From Podarcis erhardii (taxonomy: Eukaryota): a DNA stretch of 64,000 nucleotides. This document shows positions 24,541 through 38,500 of this stretch, one piece after another (positions within the stretch are counted from its first letter, which is position 1; every line of letters begins with the position of its first letter). The translations under genes and the position numbers were made by a program. The notes under the pieces were generated by a model, which saw only the letters and a program-made list of their open reading frames with translations, did not search any database and had not been told where the DNA came from. The stretch lies in assembly GCA_964252035.1 (NCBI GenBank), contig OZ176200.1; one strand, given 5' to 3'.

Positions 24541-27500
24541 GTGTGTGATACATACTGCTTTCAGCAGACGAAAGCATGGAGTCCCATTTAGATACCAAGT
24601 ATTTATACTCTTCAATAAACAGAGGAATTAATGATCAACCTCTGGATTAGGAGATTAGTATCTACAATGAATTGGCAGCATAATGAACTGATGAATTTGA
24701 GTTAAGTAAGAGTGAACATGCGATGAATGTTTTCCTTTGGCTTTTTGTATTAGAAACATTAATTTGCGGCAATAGAGTTCCTATAAATATTACTCTTGGG
24801 GGAAAATCAATTAGAATGAATAGTCGGACAGTTAATTGGGGGTTTTTAATGACTAAGTTTTGTTTAGCTGATTGCTAAACATAGTTATGGTTTATTTAAA
24901 TGCTGATTGTCTAAGTAATGGATTGAAATGTGCCTCCAGTTGATTTAATGAAGTGTGGACTGTTTAATTGACTAGCTTTTGTAGGAATTAATAACTTTTT
25001 TTCAATGGATTAAGGTATATTAATTTTGTATAGGGTTGTATCCAATGGTTACTTGGGTAGAAGGTCTCCTGTGCAACCAATCTTTCCCTTTCTTTTTTAA
25101 AAGTATCTGTCCAGGACAGACAGTGTAGGTTGCTTTACTACCTTTTGTTTCTACAGGGGATAAGTGTCCCGTGTAGTCCTCCTTGGAATCAAAATTATTC
25201 TCAGTGGTTATTTCAGACTTACATAGGATGACTTGGATTGCCCCTGCTTACCCTAGGACATTTTTTCTTCATGTCTTTTTAACTTACTTCATGTCTTTTT
25301 GACTTACTTTGCACTTATTTCCTTACTTTGTATTTCAGACAGGGAATAATTTATCTCCTATCCCACAATAAACCTTAAGGGACAGTTGACAACTGTTCCA
25401 GAGGGCGTCTCCCACGCCACCAAGTAGAGAGAGGCAAGTCTGTTTTGTACCATTTCTATAATTGGTAGTTTGGGGGCTAATAGCAGCTTCCATAGTAGTT
25501 CAATATTTTCATTATCTGAATATACTGGGAGCTGCATTTCTAGTAGCTACTGAGAATCATTTGGCTTTGTGATATCCAAATAAATGTGTGTCAAGGTGGT
25601 TTGTCAAGCACACTTTGAAATGAAGGGATGGTTTCTAAACTTCATCCAGGGGAGGCAGGCTCCGCAGAAGGGAATGTCTGTTCTTTCTACTCCCCTGTGA
25701 TGAAGTAATGTGGCCAGAACCCTAATCTTATTTAGCAAGTTTTGGATTCTATGGATAATGGGATTTTATGTCTACATCAAAAGTTGGAACCAACATGAGG
25801 ACTTTGCCCAGAAGCTACTATTGATAAATTTCTTTCAGCACCTTTGCTTCAGCCACAGCTTTAAACTCCATTGTCATCTTATCTACTGCTGACAAACAAC
25901 TCAGAAGCTTAGCAGGTTGTTTGAGTTTTATTTCTTAATTCTTCTTTACATGGTACAATTTATAAAAATACAGAAGCCCAGCCCACCCCTAAAATTCACA
26001 GTGTCTAAAGGCAGTGGTTAACAGTATACATCACCTTTATTCTAACAGTACCATTGTGTTCAGTTGCATAGGAAGGGTATTATGCCTTCACAACAGAGTC
26101 TGATAATATTTTCTTTTCCTATTTTGCTTCACAAGGCATATACTCTGCTTGTTGTTGTGATAATAATTATCTCTATTTATATACTCAAGAGCTGTCATTT
26201 ATCTCCACTTCAGCTACAAAATAGAGTGGAGGTATCTCCCATCTTCATCTCCCATTTGTGTTTCCTCGTGCTTTACTTTTTAAAAATGAATTAGATTGCA
26301 TTTCAAATATGCACACATTTGGATACTGGCTGAGAGTAGTTAGTTGTGCAGCTGACTGCCCTCTACATACTTTACCACAAGCCTTTATGGAATTCTTCCT
26401 GACCTCAGTGTAAACTTGCAACACATCCCTCCTAGTAGCGACTCAGGTCCCCGCAATCAAGAATTGCCCTTTAGTAAACATGGTCTTATCTTTAAAAACT
26501 TGCCCTTCACATTACAAACGAAGGATCTATGTGTTCTTAAAGCTTCATCTTGAAGCGGAAGAGGGAGGTGGGAGAAAATGGTCTGTATTCACGATTGAAA
26601 CAAATGCTGGTGTGTCCAAGAGGTGCATGCTTATTTAAGACATCACATCTTTGGCCCGGGAGATGGACTAGTGAGTAAACTGGGCTGGAATATTCTGCCC
26701 ATGGTTAAAAGCACACTGTCTTTAGGTATTCCAGGGCTAAGCCATTGCACTGACAATGGTTTGAAATGATTCACCAGTGAGCCTTGGCTCAAATTAAGCC
26801 TCAGGGCTTTTTTCTGCTTTAGCAGTGTAATAGCTCTGAACCCACTGCAAATAAATGCAGGCTTATAGTGTAATATTAGGAAGCTGGTATTTTTCTTATG
26901 ATGAGAGAAACCCCTTAGAGGGAAATAGACCCATTAACCTTCCATATAATAAATATATGGACAGGATGTGATTATTTTAGTACAAGTGGAAGTATTTGGA
27001 AGCAAATATCACCACTGGCACAATGTGTCTGATACACAATATGTAAGTTGGGATAGCCTTGCCAAACTGGGTGCCCTGCCAGTGCGGTCAGCCCAAACAC
27101 CCACAGTGGCCATGCTGGCTGAGATGGGAGTTGTGTCCTCCAAATAATAATGGTTCCAAGTTGGGTCTGGGCGAGGTAATTAGAAGCGGGAAAACAACTT
27201 TTATCGTATTGCAACCCATGCTTTTTCTATCCTAGGCTATTGAAACACTGATTCCATGTTGGCAGTGTGAGTGCCTTACCACAAAAGCTAGCCAGTTCTA
27301 AATAGTTGTATTCAAATAAATGAGGTTTACTTTCCTGATCCAGAGACCCCACAGCAAAAGATGCACAAAATCTACTGTCTTACCTGTGCAAGAACGGTGT
27401 TCCACGTGCATAGTGGAGTTTCAGTTTCAGGCAAATGTGCTTAGGAGCCAGACATACAGCTGCTAATTTAGAATGCATTGTTTCCTGGAAAGTACATCTG

Positions 27501-28317
27501 GCATAAATAGCAGAGATCACCCCTAAGGAATCTCACTTTGGCAGGTTTCTAGAATTTGTCCAGCTCTTTAAATGCTGTTAAAATTCCTGGATGTTTCTCC
27601 AGAAAATAGCTTGAGGTATCACCTGAATAGTTCAACTTAGAGATGACTCAAGGGTAAACTAGATGGGGCTGGTGTGTTTTCGTGGGAACGGGGCTTTAAC
27701 CAGTTTACTCTTCCTGTAGTTTGGATCAAAATTGCACCTGTTACTTCCAGTGGGATGCAAGTTCTCTCTTGCTCCAATGGGAGTTTTCTTCCCACTGGGA
27801 ATAACTGACAACCAATTCAAGAGGGATAGTTTTAGCATGTGATAGTAAAAATAGTCTTGTGAGATCTTAAAATTAAATTTTATTGTGTGAATAAGCTACT
27901 GTGCACTACAGCCTATTTTGTAGCTTGAGGACATTTCATACCTCTTCAAAAATCAGGAATGTAACTTGAGTACCATTTATACCAGTCCCTCTCTCTACAG
28001 CCACTAATATATGTAGCTTTTTCTCTTTTCTTTCTGTCTCTCAACTCATTTTCAGCAAGTACAAAATGAAGTCCTGCAAAAAGAAATAGGGATGGCTAAA
28101 TTTGGGATGTGCTGAATACTGAAAGTAAAGTTGGATGCGCCCAACAACCGCAAGGTCAGAAGTCACCCATTTTTTCTTAAATTCACTCTATAGCCCCTTA
28201 ACACCATTACATTCAACCTGGAAAAGTAGCCTAGAAGATGAAAGAGTATTTATTTACCTGTAGAAGAGCATCTACAATACCACCTAACCAAGTTGAAAGC
28301 AATTGATTTTTGCAGTG

Positions 28318-28501
28318 CAGTAAACCCGCAACTTGTATGAAGGTTACAGTCTGGGGATCGTGCCTGCAACCAAAACCACATATACTCAAAACACATTGGG
28401 TTCAATGGTGGATAGGATGGCTAAAGTCATTTTTCCCAGAACCCCTTCTCCCTTTCTAATTTTTTTCCCCATGCGCAAAAGTTAAAGTTGCAGGCTTACT
28501 G
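28318..28501. mobile_element. Tigger-type MITE
   Basis: TIRs cagtaaacccgcaactt / aagttgcaggcttactg+TA. The left TA is mutated to TG. Confidence 0.6.
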
Positions 28502-28871
28502 TAATATATAAATGAAACTGGAACTCAAGGAGCCCATCTCATATTATTATTATTATCATTATTATTATTCCTACTTACAGCTTAGTTTTTCCTTACACAC
28601 ACCTCTATTGATAATTAAAAACAATAGGACCAATATACTAAGTCAATTTGGACTGTTTATTCATAAAGTATGAGCAAATACAAACATTGTTTACTTTGCC
28701 ATTCTTAACAGGAATGGATTTTTTGTGGGCTGGGAAGATGAACAGTTCTAGCTACAAAAGTCAACTCCTCAAGTTTAATTGAACAACAAAATTCATTCAT
28801 CTATGAAAAGTTTTAGTTATTTTCTCTTTCGGGTTCCCCTTTGAAACCTATCCTCAAGTCCAAGTGCTGCT

Positions 28872-28996
28872 TTTATTATTCTAAATTTATTTTTAGACCA
28901 TTCAGCAGTAAACATACCATTTGTATGTGTTATAAATATATAAACATACATAGGATTTGAGTAAGGGGACTTTATGATGAACTTTACATTTTTATT
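28872..28996 (-). promoter_or_regulatory. Candidate SEMA5B polyadenylation signal cluster
   Basis: Three minus-strand AATAAA (28991-28996, 28886-28891, 28872-28877). By hand scan these are the first canonical hexamers after the stop. ATTAAA variants occur earlier. Confidence 0.45.
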
Positions 28997-29816
28997 TTGC
29001 TTATGTAATAAAGTCCCACATTTGGTGTGACTAAATGGACCGAGTTAATTAGTTTGATTGCCGGATATAATTTTTTCTTAATATTAGATTTTGTAATGCT
29101 AGAATGGGGGAGCAATCCTAAATTATAGCCCCGCCCTGCAAAGGGATTCAAATCATACCCACTTCCTACACAGATCTTCATCTAAGTTCATTTTCTAAAA
29201 TAAAATAAAAAAATAAGGCAGCAGGTACACATGTATAACTCATGTCATAGGTGAGCTACTGCAAGAGATGAATAAACACTCAAATCACCTTCTTTCCAAT
29301 GCCATTACCTCATTATTCTTCAAAGGTTTACTTTTAACATAAAGAAGGTTCTCCCCCTTCTCTATTAGAATGTACATATTATTGAAGAGCAGGGTGTTTT
29401 TAACTAGCTTTGCAGCAATAAAGTCAATGTATATTTGTTAAAATATAAATCCTCATCGTAAACCAAAAGGGCAGATTCGATTGCTGCACTACTAGTTTGG
29501 CAGAAGTGGCAAAACATCATTAGGTTCAAGAAACTGCATCACAACGGGTGCTGCCAGAAAGAGAAAGCAAATCTGTGTAGGGCTCCCATATAGTATGGTG
29601 ATTAAGCTTTGCTGCTTTATCAGTCTAAGCATTCTCTGTAGTCACATTATGGCAGTAGAGGGCACTAGGATAAGCAGCAGGTAAGATGAGCAAATGTTAC
29701 TCAGTTAGATCAGCTCTTGCACTCTCCACACACTGGACTTGCCAAAGTCTGGCACACCTTCTATGTGTGCAGCTCCCTTGCTAGCAAGGTTTAGCCACAT
29801 TCCTTTTAACAATTTC

Positions 29817-29834
29817 CAGCAGCAGCAGCAGCAG
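29817..29834. repeat. (CAG)6 triplet repeat
   Basis: Direct reading of the sequence. Confidence 0.9.
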
Positions 29835-32800
29835 TTCCACAGCTATGAAACGATAGATATGTCTTCTGCCCCTTTTCTGAGAGGGAGAGTTCTATGGCAG
29901 CTTGTAAGAAACTGCTGTATCAGAATGCATAAGAGCAGTGCAACTGTAGTGCTCATACTTCTTTCCTGCAAAAATCTATTATTATTTTTTCAAAAAGAGA
30001 CAAAACACAAGGGTGATAGTTCCTCACATTTGAGTAACCACAGGTTATGTTTCTGAAATCAAAAGCTAACAACATCTTCCTACCCAAATATGAAAAGCCA
30101 TTTTCTTCCCTGCACCCGGAGAAAGTGAAGAGTTAGGACTACCTCCAAAATACAATTTGTAAAATAGGATTTGTAGTTGCTATTATTCAAACCTCCGTTC
30201 TGAAAGAATCTGAATCTGCTGTGTTCTTTGCTCTCTGTCCCATTCCCTGGGTTCAACATATCCCTCTCAAAATGAAAACCCTAGTTTCAAATCTGTTCAA
30301 CTGAATCTTGTAGATGTTGCCTAAGCTTATAAAGGTGGTTAAAAAAATAAGTAAAACAAAAAGTGGATGAGAGATCCTTTATAGCACTTGACCGTACAGA
30401 ATTTGGGCACAGTCCTCACAGCATCTCTGGGATTGCATGCAACTTGATGACACTTTAATGGTTGCCTCCTGCTACATAGAACTGGTTTAGGAAATCCCAT
30501 GCGTCTCAAAAGAGACTTGCTGTGCAAAGTGCCCCACTAGATGTAAGAGAGCTGGGTCTCTTCCCCATGGCAAAAATGCATTGCTCCTCTGAAGGATATT
30601 CCCAAACATTTGCATATTCAGTTTCCACATCAAACACTGGGAGGGGGCTTTGTTTCCTTGCTAAGCCCTGCTGTCAAAAGCAACACTGCCAAACCAAATA
30701 CATTTCCAGTGTGTACTACAACATCCATTATGACAACCCCAAGTGTAATAAATACCAGGTGTTTAGAAAACCCCTCTAGAGAATCAGACCGCTCTACTGT
30801 GGACATTATCAGCTGGGTGCCTGAAACACTAAATTAACTTAGGATGCAAGAATGTCACTATGCCCTATGTCATTAACCTGCCATGTGATAAGAAACTGCT
30901 CTTATTTTGCATTAGATTGCCCCTAAAGAATTGTACTGCCATGCAATACATTAATGGAATGTTAAAAAACTCAGATGTTCTTTTCCACCCATTCACCCTA
31001 CTTTCTGTTGAAATGGCATTTGCACACCCACGTTGCAATTGCCATTCATATTTTTGAAAGGGTATCATTCTTCACATTCAGATGCCTGGGAAGAATGAAT
31101 CTGGAATATCCTAACTAAAAATATCCCTCCCCTAGCCTGTCCTGATTTCTGGCATTTGGAGAAAGAAAGATATGCTGCATAACCAGAATGGGAAAATATT
31201 CTATGTAATAAAATAAATTCTAGTCTTTATCTAACTGAAAAATAGATCTGGCTTATTTTATGGCAAAAAAAGAGTGAACGAAAGGTTTAATTCATTTGCA
31301 TATATACCTTTTTAAGAACTGTTGCAAAATAAATTACAATTTTGCAGCACCCTCTGAAACAGTGACACTGATCCAGCCATTTCTTACACAATATAGAGGC
31401 TCAGATGGAGCTCAATTACGAGCAAGTGTCCCAATCATTTCGGTGGAAAAGACAGATCTGCATGTGCAGCAGCTTTCTTTTGTCAGGTGAATGGGATGTT
31501 CTGCACTCAAAAGAGCCTCATGTGTGCAACAGAAACCCCAGAAGAGTCTGGATTAGAGTCTGTAGCAATTTGATCAAGTTCTCAGTCATGGGCACATGGA
31601 AGCAAACAGCAAAAACCAAAACAAAACCCCAGCCGGTTGCATATCTAAATCCCCCCAAAAATCTACAGCCCATGCATCCATCCAGACTACTTCAGCCATT
31701 GGTATACCATTCACAATTTAGGCACCAATGTTTTGTGATATGTGGTTGCATAAGGTAACATCAGGTGTTGGCATCAGCACTGGATTGCTCTCCCTATTCA
31801 AACTAGCCATTCTGCATCATGAACACAGAGCCATTGACCGGTTTGCATGTCCTGCCTGTGTTAATGGTCTCGACTGTGCCATTATTCAGATTCTATGTCC
31901 AAAATGTGTTTTAAAGGTGGCAACAGTAATGAGCACAGGTCTGGCTGCCAGACAGTGAACCTGAATCTAAAACAAACGGCTTGGACAAATGTCAAGCCAG
32001 CAACTGCAAATAGATATGGTCATTGCTGAAAGAAGATATGGAGGAGAATCCCCAAGCTCTGGAATTGTTCATCATTCATGCCGGGACTCTTATTACATGC
32101 TCTGCATTGTGGCAGTCTCCATCTCTTAGCACCAGGAGTTATGCTGAACAACAATGGCAAACTCGCTCACATTGCCAGACACACTGGGAATGTCCATTAA
32201 AGCGTGGTGTGCATTGGCTAGACATGAATGTCAGACAATCACCTGTCCAAAGACGACATGGCTTCTGCACTGGTCTAACACAATCACACATATACAAAGA
32301 ATAACATTTCAAAACAGGACTGGATTATTATTATTTGAAAAGGCTACAGACTCCATTTTTTACCTTTACCAAAGCAGAATTACTTTTTCTTCTTCTTGCT
32401 TAGACACAGGAGGACACTGTCAACTGATGGTGCACATTGTACTCCCATGGAGAAGTACTAGCTGGAAGACACTGAAGGAATCTGCAGTAGGCTTTATGGG
32501 TTAGACTATGCTATGAAGACATTCTTCAGAGTCAAACTGAACTCAAAACATTTTTTCCCCAAGTGAATAAAAAATTATAAAAAATAAAATCAGCATTAGC
32601 ACAAAGCTTGGTGATTTCAACAAGGACAGCAAGGCCATCAATCTAGCAGCTCCTTAAGAGACTACCACAATCAAAGTTAAAAGAAAATAGTTGCCCCACC
32701 CCTTCCAAAATCAAGATATTCCATGGCTCTTGTTCCACTCATCATATTTTCCCCAGTGGGATAAATTCTTTTCTACCCAGAGCCCATGCTTCAAGCCCCC

Positions 32801-33492
32801 AAACCTATACTTCAGGTAATGTCATCCTACATTTCCCTCAAAACTATGGCTGGAAATGTTTCAAAATGCTAGTTTTGCGTGAAGTACCTTATCTTTGTTC
32901 TGTTTATCTCACTAGACTTTTTTTTCCATTGAAGGCTGCATATTATTTCAACGTGTCGCAGGAAATGGTGATGATACACTGATCAACCCCCAAACCTAAA
33001 CACCAGAATCTTGAGCACAATATTCGATAAGGCTTCTCTTGTGGATGACATTCATACTACCATTAACCTGTAGGCTTATGAAGGACGCATCTCAGCGCAT
33101 TGAAGGCATTTGTCTTCCATGTCCACTGAGTTTCTGAAGCGGTGCTGGGTAGCCAAGTACCATTCCACACAAAGTTAGCACATAATGGTTGGTTCTTGGA
33201 CTGTCATGGCATCAGACACAAAGGCATCTCCAGCCATAAATATCCATAGCAGTATGTGATGTCTCTAGCTGAGGACTCCTCAAAAAATCTTAGGCAAGAT
33301 GGTCCATTGTCCATAAGCAGTGGGTCCACTTAAGGAGATGTACTACTCAAAAGTAAGACCACTGATAAAAGAGAAAATAAAAGGCCCACTGTTTAATATT
33401 TACATCTAGAGACTGGGCCAATATTTGGTCCATAAACTCAATTTAAAAAATAAAAATCATAAAGGAAGCGATCCAGTTCTTGGTGTCCATCA

Positions 33493-33648
33493 TCAGCTGT
33501 TGGTAAAGGTCCTTCCAGGGGAGGCCTCAGGCCTGTAGTCATACTTATTCAGTGTACTGGGGTAATAGGTGGTTGTGTACACATTTGTTTGCTGCAAAGG
33601 ATAGAAGTTGGTCCTGTCATCTGGTATTAAATTGTTCTTGTTAAGTGT
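33493..33648 (-). CDS. SEMA5B: SEMA5B last coding exon (not in the ORF track)
   Basis: tttttccccccacag|ACA, 156 nt. TLNKNNLIPDDRTNFYPLQQTNVYTTTYYPSTLNKYDYRPEASPGRTFTNS then TGA. This tail is 5B-type, and SEMA5B lies tail-to-tail with SLC49A4 in human. Confidence 0.95.
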   Translation of the reverse strand, partial: TLNKNNLIPDDRTNFYPLQQTNVYTTTYYPSTLNKYDYRPEASPGRTFTNS

Positions 33649-35432
33649 CTGTGGGGGGAAAAACAGAGAAATTTATAGAGACATTCTTTTCCCTCCCTTG
33701 TCCAAAAAGCTCACATATTCCATTTTCTAACGCAATTTTATATTAGTACCTTCCCTCTTCTAAGGTGTCGTCTTAAGTATTTTGTAGCTCTCTACAGAGA
33801 CCTTTCTATGGATAGGGCCACAGCTCCTGGCTTTGCCAGTGTTTTGGGCAATCTGAGCCAAGCCACTACTTGCAAACCAAGATCTATGGGTTTCTCCAGA
33901 TTTGCAGACATGGCTTTCCCATATTGGTGACATGATGTTTGATGGTCATCACCACCATCTCCATCACCCGCCACTGTGCAACTGAGACTGGGGTCCCATC
34001 TACATGTTTCACTCCAGCTCCCTCCCAAGAGTAAACCAAAATGGCATTTCTCTTTTGCTTTGGAAGAGCAGGTGCACATTTACCTGATCTCCATCTCCAC
34101 TGGTAGATATCCAGGTTTGGACCCCCCGATATTAAGTGTGTCACTTCTGTAAGCTACAGTGTAAGTAACAAGGCATGGTCACATTTGAGGGGAAAAGGAT
34201 GGCTGAAGAAAATTAACCACCATTAAAAGTTACAAGTAGTTGTCAACAGCATGGAGAAAAAATGGAGGTGGGATGTAGGTGTCATTTTAATTACTGATGT
34301 TTAAATAAGGGATTTCTTATCCCCCCCCCTTCCTTTGCTGGGCATTTATTAATTAATTCCTTTCAATGGCGCCACCATAAGCTGGTGTAAAAATTCACTG
34401 TCATTTCAACACATCCTTTATCTTTTTCTAGCTCATGTTTAATCTATCTGCTGGACAGATATATTTTTCTGTGCCCGGAAAAAGAAGTCTGTCACGTTTG
34501 AACACATTCAGAAAAAGAAGAAGTGAAAAACAGCATCTTTGCAAAGGATTAAAAATACATAATACCATAATCTTGATGTGGCTATTACAAATGAAAGAGA
34601 CAGTATCTTGCCCTCTTCTGACCTCAAGTGTAGCTCTCGGTGATCTCTTAACCAGGTCACTGACATGGTCAAAAACCACTTGAGCGCCAGCAAGTCTATA
34701 GCATCAGGTACAATTATATTTCCTTATAAAGCACCCCCTGTCACACTAGAACAGGGGTGGGCAGATTTCGTGGTTGCAGGAATGACTTTGTGTTTTACTA
34801 GAACCCATGAACCGGAGCCAGCTGCAGAGGACGCATGTAGAATCGAGGAATTCTCAGCCCAAGGCATTTGATTGCCACCACTGAAAGTTCTTCACAAAGG
34901 TTTATTTCTGATGGCAACCCAGCCACAACCACCTGCAACAATGACACTCTTCCTTTTTTCATTTCAAGAGTATCATTTAGGAAGGGAGTTAATTTGGTTA
35001 TTAAAGAACAACAGAAACTGGTGATCTTAAAATCACTACCAGTAGATACAGATCTACCTTTTGCCCACTGCTACACTAGACACAATGAAGCTTTTAGACA
35101 GGAGATGGAAAGTGGGTTAAACCCAAAAGTGTGTGAGAATGCGTCTTCTATGCATGGAAGGGCTGTTTTACAAATTGATCTCTAAAGTGTTCCACAATAA
35201 AACAAACAAAAATCAAAGGCGTTTTTCCTGCACAGTCAGATGCATACGGATTGCCTCCAAATCTCCACAATATACAATAGAGACTATCATTCACTCAGCA
35301 GCCATGTGCTTGCATGATACTGACTGAGCATCCCACTCTTCCACTTCCATTCCTGCCACCCAAAGACCTTGCAAGCCACCTCACTGGTCATAACAACATC
35401 TACTGTATTTTTCTGCGTAGTCAGTGGAGCGG

Positions 35433-35589
35433 ACTCCCTCAGGTGGTTGTGGGCTCTCCTTTATTGGAGGTTTTTAAGCAGAGGTTGGATGGCCATCTGT
35501 CTTGGATGGTTTAGTTGAGGTTCCCGCATTGAAAGGGGGTTGGACTAGGTGACTCCCAGGATCCTTTCCAACTCTCCAATTCTATGATT
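35433..35589 (+). mobile_element. CR1 LINE 3' fragment
   Basis: VVGSPLLEVFKQRLDGHLS-type RT tail, then gggttggactag...ccttccaactct...attctatgatt, the CR1 3' hairpin/octamer end. Confidence 0.8.
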
Positions 35590-38500
35590 GTACCAACTCT
35601 GGTCAAACAAGGGTTGGAGGGCCTTGAAGCCTTCCCAAATGATACAAAACCCAGACTGGAATGAGAAGTGGGGGAAAGAGAGGAGAGGATGAGGGAACAT
35701 GTAACAGTGGGGCCTATCAATTGTGTGTTTGTGTGCGATTGTGGGGAGCCTTATATCCCGCCTCAAGATAACAAAAGGGCCTGCACTACAAGTGGTCAAA
35801 GCCAAAGGCAGGTTTTGCTTGGAATGTCCCAACAACAGCAACACACTCCCGACTTTATACTGCAGCACAGCAGACAGCAAAGATTCAGAGCTAGTGAATG
35901 GCTGCTAATATTCCACATAAATTTGACAGAGGCAAACATTCAAACCCTTAAGTGGCAGCATCCACTGATCTTAAATAAGACAAATGTGACAAGCCTGCCT
36001 GGCTTGCTGCTGCTGCCGCCACCGCCATAAGGTAATAACACCTCTGTAAGATGCATCATTGCTCTGCCAGTGTAATCTTCACTGCATGAGAGCCACACCT
36101 CCCGAGCATGGCTGACTGCTCAATTTGACTCGACCCAATGAATTAAAGAGGGTCAGGGGAAGAGACTAATAGCTTTCAGCTAAGCTGTACTGCTAAATCC
36201 TTTTTGTTCCTCCTCAGTAAGCCTCCTTGCTTTCTCTTCCTAGCAGGCATTATGTAAATCAAGCATCCCTTGAAGTGATATTTAGAGCTGCGGGATAATA
36301 CAATAAAAATAATGCTGTTTCCCACCTGCAAACCATTCCCTTTCATATCAGACTCTGCCCACTGAAAACATGTGCTTTGCCACTCAAGCGGCAAACATTC
36401 TTAAATGCCGGAAGGCTTTGGTACACATGAAAATCATAAAAACCAAAATTTGCATTTCACTTTTTTTCTGGGGGGGGGGAGGAGGGTTGAGGGGATGGAA
36501 TAAATGATTTGCTAATCTAGCCAAGAGTCTCAATTTTAAAGCCACGCGTTGAAGAGATGGGTCTCAAGGTCTCAAACCGTTACTAACTTTCTAGACTGCT
36601 GCAATTCACCCAGCTTTTGACTGGTGGCTAAACTGTAAACAGATTGATGCTGCAGCTTCAAACGATATACAACAGAAGGGTCACTACAGGAAGGCGGTTC
36701 TTGCTGTGTCTGTATCACTGTTTCTGCCAGCCCACACATAGGAATCAAGGGTGAAGAAAGAAAACAGCCAGTAAAAGTGAAAGAGCAACCTATCAAATTA
36801 AAAGATAGGAGATTGCCATCTTGCGCTTTCCAAGGGATAGAAGGGTAAAAAAATCCCACAAGCCCATTTCTAGCCCAGCTGCAAACACCTCCTGGGAAAG
36901 GAAAGGTGGTTCAAAGTCTTATATGCTATCTCTGCCTCCCTGGACCCCGCAAGTGTTATTTTCAGCAGCAGTAAAAATGACCATCCACAAGGGAACAAGA
37001 CGTTGAGAAGTCAGGCAGTGCTTTGGAACATCACATCCCCCTTCTAGTTTTATTTCTCATTTCACAGCTGGAAGGTCCTCCGATTTTTTTTTAAGATTGC
37101 TGCTTCATCTGAAATTATTATTCTTCAGGGGATGGGAGGAGAGCAGAGCCTCTGTTTCCCGGTCTCCAGCACTGACATTTTCCCTACAGCATCTAGGTGT
37201 ATATCTCTGGGTGGTTAATGAACCACATATCACACGATTCAATATCCCTTTCACCAAAGGTACTGCGCCAGACTGATGAAACTGGCTTTCTTTCTGTTGA
37301 CAGAAGGAAGGCTATATTGTGGAAATCTCTCTGCAACCTGAAATAATTCCTGTAACTGGAAGTTACAAGGCTGTATTTTGCAAGTCCTCCCTCCCTCTCA
37401 CACACACACTTCCTATTGCTTCATTCCCTCGCCACCAAGAGCCACCCATTCATTGTGCCATGTCCAAGGACCAGTGGTTCTAGGCTCCAACCATCCCCTT
37501 TTATTGGTGTCTTTTTCTTCACTAACCCTGCCTGGCCCACAATCTACGACATTCCCTTTCCTTGCAGCCCTATATGACTGGGCCTGTTGCTCCTGATCTG
37601 CTTCCAAAGGACACCTTCCTCCTCCTGCCAAGCTCTCTTTTCTCTGGGTATGTGGCTGGCACTGGCAGCAGAGGCAAGGGCAGCAAAGGACAAGTCTCTT
37701 GTCTTGAACAGCTTGGGACCTGTATCTGAGTTTTGAGCCAGTTTGGCCATTCATCTTTTGTTTACAAGTCTGATGTGATACCATAAATATTCTGTATAAT
37801 TCTATATTCTCCTTGGTCCTCCCCCCCCCCCCCGATGTGCTGCACTGAGCTCAGCTGACGTTTACCATATTGTTCTCCACTCATGATCTAGCTCTCTTAA
37901 GACTAGCCACAAACTAGCTGTAAACCATGAACAAACCTTGGTTACAGCTCATGGATAGGCTTGAAAAAGTGCTGAACTATGAGTCGAGATTTGGATGGCT
38001 GGGGAAGACTACAAGCTCCTCCCTAGGAGCTTGCTCATACTTGCTATGTTATGGTTTGGCTTAGCATGATGTGCCAACCAGGACTGTATTTCCCATGGTT
38101 GCTATATGGTATCCTCAGGTCCAGAGATGCTCTGGTTTGGTTTGCTGTGGAGCAAACAACAGAGGAGGACCATTGCCATTGTTTGGAGGCTTCCTGCTAA
38201 CCACTGTTGGTAAGGAATTTTGAATTAGATGGACCCCCTATTCCTGATTGAGTAGGTCACATCTTAAGAAGATATGAAGCCACTTTATAATCTCAGACAA
38301 GGATCTAGTACAGTACTGTCTGCTCCAGCCTGCCCTTCCAGTAGCTGGAGACTCCCAACTCCCACCAGCCTCCCTTAGCACAGCCAGTGGTGAGAGTTAC
38401 ACTCCAAAACATCTGGAGAACACTAGGTTGGGGGAGGCTGGTTCACTCTGAATGGTTACAGCTCTATTACATCTTGGGCATAGGTCCCAGACCTGCAACC

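Noticed and set aside
25267-25309. 20-bp tandem duplication cttcatgtcttttt(a/g)actta
   Set aside because: Ordinary slippage duplication. Its only relevance is that it lengthens the pyrimidine tract before 25339.
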